Of a DNA stretch of 64,000 nt, positions 59,368 through 64,000 are shown piece by piece (the first letter of the stretch is position 1; every line of letters starts with the position of its first letter). Below the pieces are notes generated by a model that worked only from the letters and a program-made list of their open reading frames with translations, was not told the origin of the DNA and made no database searches. The DNA is taken from assembly GCA_964188305.1 (NCBI GenBank), contig OZ076886.1; one strand, 5' to 3'. The position numbers were made by a program, and so were the translations under genes. This stretch comes from Podarcis bocagei (lineage: Eukaryota).

Positions 59368-62082
59368 AGCACCAAAGAGTCTTCTATAGGGAGGTTCGCC
59401 CGCGCTTTGATGAATCAAATCAGGCTCTGAAAGTTTCCTCTCAGGTCCTGTCGCCAACCCGGCGCCCCATTTCAATCTTTTGCCCACCCCACTTTATTAA
59501 AGCACAAGTCCCTTCTATCCCACTCAGATTGGTTCTTTTCTTTCCCAGGTCAGGTTAAGGTTCAGATTACGCTTTTGTTGTATTAAAGAGGGGAGTGGGA
59601 CTGTTTCACTGGCTACTTGCCTTCTTCACTCTTTGCCAACCAGGTATCCTCCAGATGATTTTGAACACAGTACAACTTTTTCCAGCTCCATAGTTGTGGT
59701 CCAAACTACCCAGAGGGCACCAGGCCAGTGAAGGGTGGACTACTAAGAAGGCTCCCTGTTACTTTTCTGTGGGAGCATCTCTGGCAACTCTGCACCAGAG
59801 GGAGACTCACTTCCTGGGCACAGTTATTAGGCCAGAGCTCAGTGGCAGAGCCGTGTGCTGCTTTGTATGCAGAACCCCTCAAATTCAGACCCCGGAAATC
59901 CTGGAGAGCCTTTGCCAGTCAGTGCAGGGAACACTAAGCTAGATGGCAGCTTCTTATGTTCCCAAATATTAGAAAAATTAAGAGGGGTGTGGTGTTGTTA
60001 TTGTTGTCGTTTTGTTTTTGCAATCAAGCGGCTTATAAATCTTATGGAATAAATAAATGAAATAAATTGCATCAGAGAGAAAAGGAGGGTCAGCTGTAGA
60101 GCAGGATGTTTGAAATGGACGACCTGTGACCCTCTTTCCCTGCAGCCTCCTACAGTGCAGTCCATCCTTCAGGGTCTTGATTTTGGAGAACTTGCTTCCT
60201 CCACCCCCATTTGCTGCCCCATCTCTTTTCTTCCCCAACAGAGTTTTGCTTCTTTCCTCCCTCTGTTGTAATTGCATAGTTGAATCAGTTCTTGCCTCGC
60301 TTTACAGAGTGGCGCAAACAAAAGGAAAAACGAAAACAGAACGAGAGGGCTGGTTTCTGCCCTGACGAGTTTACAGTTTTATACTTTTCCAGCTTGTTGG
60401 GAAGGACAACTAAGGGGGAGGTAGGAAAGGGAGAGGCAAATGTAACAAGGGGTGGACCTGTGCAAATGTTACCTTTCCCTCCTATCTTACCATCTTTCCT
60501 CCATTCAGATTTTCCCCCTTGCTATCTCTGGAGTTGGACTATTTCTTATTGTCCCTGGAAATGAAACACAGAATGCATCCTGCTACTAGTAATAATACTT
60601 ATATGCAGTTTAGAGGGTGTTGTGGAAACCCAGCAGGGATGATGATGGGCCCAGTCTAGCAGGAAGTTCTCCTGACCAAGCTCTGTTGCCTGGGAGCTGT
60701 GCAAGAGATGTGCCGTGTCTAGTTTGTTGCAGGCAGCAGCAACCTGGGAAACCTTGGCTCACCATACAGCCGGGGTTGTCTTGCTGCAGTGTAGGCTCAG
60801 GTGGTTCTTCTTCTTGAATGTGTCGCTTAACCTAAGTTTAGGACTTTGGGCATTCCCTGGGCAGTGAGTGCCAGGCCTCCTTCGCATGCCCTCCCCACCT
60901 GACCATTTATTTCAGTCAAGGTCACTGCAGTAATTTCATATGTAGCTGCCTGGTGCTGCTGTCTTATCTATCGCACGGTTTCTGTTTCCCTCTCTTTGTG
61001 TTCCTGGGGATATTGTGTTCGATAAAACTTACTGCTCTTAACACTCTTGGCAGCTCTCCAAACACAAACACTCTCTGCTCTCTTTTCCCTCTCCTCCCAC
61101 CGGGGCTGAAACAGACACATCTGAACCCTGAGGGTCATGGGCTTTCCCACAAAGCCACTTCCCACCCACCCACCCTTCTCCCCCCACAGCCTCAGATGTG
61201 GTGAGGATGAGGCACTCTGCACATGCTCAAGGACACAGGAAGAGAGGATGATTGCCCGTGTTCTGAGGCCATGCCCTGACCTATGCAATGAAAAGCAGGC
61301 TGTGCAACTAGGCCAGGTGAGCAGGGCCGTATTAGGCCCTGCCTCCGAGCTCCCAAGAGATTTTTCTTTCTACACGCTGTGATTGAAAAATGCCCGGGAC
61401 GTTTCTTTAATGGGTGTCTTTCACAGCCTTAATTAACTCAGTTGCCTGAGTCTGACCCTGGAGCTCCTCTGGAGGTTGGAGCCAGGTGTTTGCTAGAAAG
61501 GAATGTCCTCCTGACCCAAGACTTATGTTCGAGGGACGCTTTCATCAGCAGGAACTTAGTGTTTGCTAGAGGAGGAGGAGGAAGAGAAGGAGCAGCAGCA
61601 GCAGGAGTTTTTATAAGGCGGAACCTTATCTGTAACCTTGTCAAAGCCAGAAGGAGAATGTTGGTATCTGGAGTCCGCACATAATCTGCTGCATTGGCCC
61701 ACCCAAGGCCGCTGCCCCCACATGCCACCGTGTTCCCTTCCATCTGTGCTGCCTTTGTAGGCCACAAACATCCCTGAACTGCAATCAGCTTGCAGCCAAG
61801 TTGGCTCCTATGGCTTTCAAGGGCCTCTCCAGCAAATTTGCTTTCCCCTTGTGGCTGCCCACTATGGCTCAGGCTTCACCACATCATAAGAACCTAAGAA
61901 ATCCCCACTGAGTCAGACCAAAGGCCCATCTAGTCCAACACTCTCTTCATGCAGTGGCCTTCAGGAAGGCCGTAAGTGGGATTTCAGTTGCTCTCCCCAC
62001 TTGGGATTCCTGGCAACTGGTATTCAGAGGTCCCTTGACAGTGGAGGTAGAGCATGACCATTTTGGCTTGTAGCCGCTCATC

Positions 62083-62381
62083 ATAGACTCATAGAATTGC
62101 AGACTTGGAAGTGATCCTGAGGATCATCTAGTCCAGCGGTTCTCAACCTGTGGGTCCCCAGATGTTGTTGGACTACAACTCCCATCATCCCTGAGCTCCG
62201 GCCTTGCTAGCTAGGGGTGATGGGAGTTGTAGTTCAACAACATCTGGGGACCCACAAGTTGAGAAAGGTTGATCTAGTCCAACCCCCTGCAATGCAGGAA
62301 TGGATAAGCAGCTGCCCCAATATGGGGATTGAACCTGCAACCATGGCGTTATCAGCACTGCACTCTAACCAACTGAGCTAT
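62083..62381 (-). mobile_element. tRNA-Ile-headed SINE with CR1-like tail, with nested hAT MITE (62134-62271)
   Basis: Minus strand TAGCTCAGTTGGTTAGAGTGCAGTGCTGATAACGCCATGGTTGCAGGTTCAATCCCC; MITE has perfect TSD ATCTAGTC. Confidence 0.75.
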
Positions 62382-62424
62382 CAAGGCAAAATAGTCTTAT
62401 CCCTCCCTGAGACTCCCTGTTCTC

Positions 62425-62427
<3 letters not shown>

Positions 62428-62492
<65 letters not shown>
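62428..62492. repeat. (CT)n(CA)n compound microsatellite
   Basis: Seen directly. Confidence 0.95.
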
Positions 62493-62493
<1 letters not shown>

Positions 62494-63590
62494 TGCTGGC
62501 CACCCCAGACCTCCTGAATTCTGCTGAAGACCTCACCCTGCCTCCAGTTCTTAGTGTCGCTTGTTCTTCTGCCCCATGTCAGCAACATCTCCTTGACCTT
62601 GCTGCTCTGCAGATGGGGAAGGGAGCTCATGGCTAGAGCTTTTTGTACATATGGTTCCAGGTTCAAGCGCTGGCATCTCTAGGTTTTTGTTTTTTAAAGG
62701 ATCCAACAGCAGAGGAGGGAAGGTGGCCCTCCATGCCCCTCTATGTGGCCCTCCAGACTCTCCCAAGCCACATTTTGCTTGGGATGGGTTTTTTTTTGCC
62801 TGGCTTGTGTGTATCCTCAAACTCTGAAAACATCTCTTCCTTGTCTGAATAGGAGCTAGGGTGTTGGGTTGTAGAAACCAGCCTACTGGACATGGCCACT
62901 GGTATGCCAGTTTGGTGAAGACTTGACATTTTCATCCCCAAAAAAGTTAAATCAAAAACTTTCCATTTCAGTTTCCACTGAAATGAGGCTGCATTTTAAT
63001 ATTTTAATGTTGTATTTTAGTCTTGTTTTTTAAGTTGTATTTCAGTCAATTGTTTTTATATCTGGTGTTAGCTGCCCTGAGCCCGGTCTTGGCTGGGGAG
63101 GGCAGGGTATAAATAAAATTTATTATTATTATTACTGTACAAAGGTAAAACTTAACAGTTGTTGCTCTGCCCTGCCTCTGGCCCTGTTTCCCTGCTGGCT
63201 GTCAGAATGGAGTGCGGCCCTCAGGCTGAATAAGGGTTCCCACCCCTCTGGTAGCAGATGGTGTGCAAGGCCCTTATCTGCCCTGAAACGGACCCTTGTC
63301 AGCATAGACAATGCTTGGCCAGACGGACACATCGTTTGACCTACCTCATGATATTGTTGTCTACAACACCTCCTTTTCCAGTTCCCTTCTTCAGTCACAT
63401 ACCTATGTCCCACTACAATCAATGGACCCCTGGATTCCCCTTGCCCTGATTTTTTTGGGTTGGCCACCACATGCCGCCACCGACATGACCCACTGCCACA
63501 CCACCTCAGCTTTAAAATCAGGTTGATCTATGTTTCTCAGTCCAGACACAGAAGAGTGGTATTACAGTCCGCAGGGTACTACTAACACTA

Positions 63591-63920
63591 CTAATTCTTA
63601 TTATTTAATTTGTAACCCTGCCCATCTGACTGGGTCACCCCAGCCACTCTGGGCAGCTTCCTGCATATACAAAAATACAATAAAACATTAAATATTAAGA
63701 AAGCTTCCCTATACAGGGCTGCCTTCAGGTGTCTTCTAAAGGTTGTGTAGTCCTTTATCTCCTTGACATATGGAGGGAGGACGGTCCACAGGGAGGGCGC
63801 CACTACCAAGAAGGCCCTCTGCCTCGTTCCCTGTAACTTCGCTTCTAGCTGTGAAGGAACTGCCAGAAGGCCATTGGAGCTGGACCTCAGTGTCTGGGCT
63901 GAACGGTGGATGTCTAAAGA
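63591..63920 (-). mobile_element. L2-like LINE 3' fragment
   Basis: QTLRSSSNGLLAVP...RAFLVVAPSLWTVLP...TFRRHLKAALYREAF. Confidence 0.8.
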
Positions 63921-64000
63921 CATAGCTCTTATTTAAATACACACACACACACTATAGTCACAAAGCACCTCAGAAACCCAGACTTTACAACCTAACATGC

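Noticed and set aside
57263-59487. Long ORFs (231 aa +, 353 aa -) in the CpG island
   Set aside because: Low-complexity products of stop-poor GC-rich DNA; no recognisable domain such as ENTH
62312-62381. Functional tRNA-Ile gene (likewise tRNA-Lys at 30530 and 44919)
   Set aside because: Acceptor stems broken, no poly-T terminator, fused to CR1 tails: these are SINE heads
1-64000. CRISPR arrays, operons, rRNA genes
   Set aside because: Intron-containing vertebrate DNA; recurring repeats are dispersed TEs; the only rRNA-like signal is a short degenerate 5S-like SINE head

Overview
Vertebrate genomic DNA, most likely from a squamate and probably a lacertid lizard, judged by Sauria SINE, Squam3-like SINE, BovB and lizard-type MITEs. 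The + strand carries the last 3 coding exons of ACSF2, the complete 9-exon RSAD1 (448 aa, radical SAM CxxxCxxC) and the complete 19-exon MYCBPAP (912 aa). A large CpG island at ~57.2-59.3 kb follows, with a probable non-coding first exon of the next gene (by synteny probably EPN3; no coding sequence in the window). Exon chains were assembled by hand from GT-AG boundaries with consistent phases. Introns and intergenic DNA are full of TEs. Most notable non-gene signals: (1) two TG-terminated LTR-like elements open in the same phase from their second base, one encoding an HMGN-like RRSxRLxAK motif; (2) a minimal hammerhead ribozyme motif in a Penelope-like fragment; (3) a U2 snRNA fragment in the loop of an inverted duplication; (4) a 382-bp tandem duplication with a templated junction; (5) a composite SINE-spacer-SINE under one TSD; (6) a near-intact BovB; (7) nine related Tc1/mariner-type MITE insertions all in one orientation. 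Gene and TE family names come from recalled similarity, not database searches.
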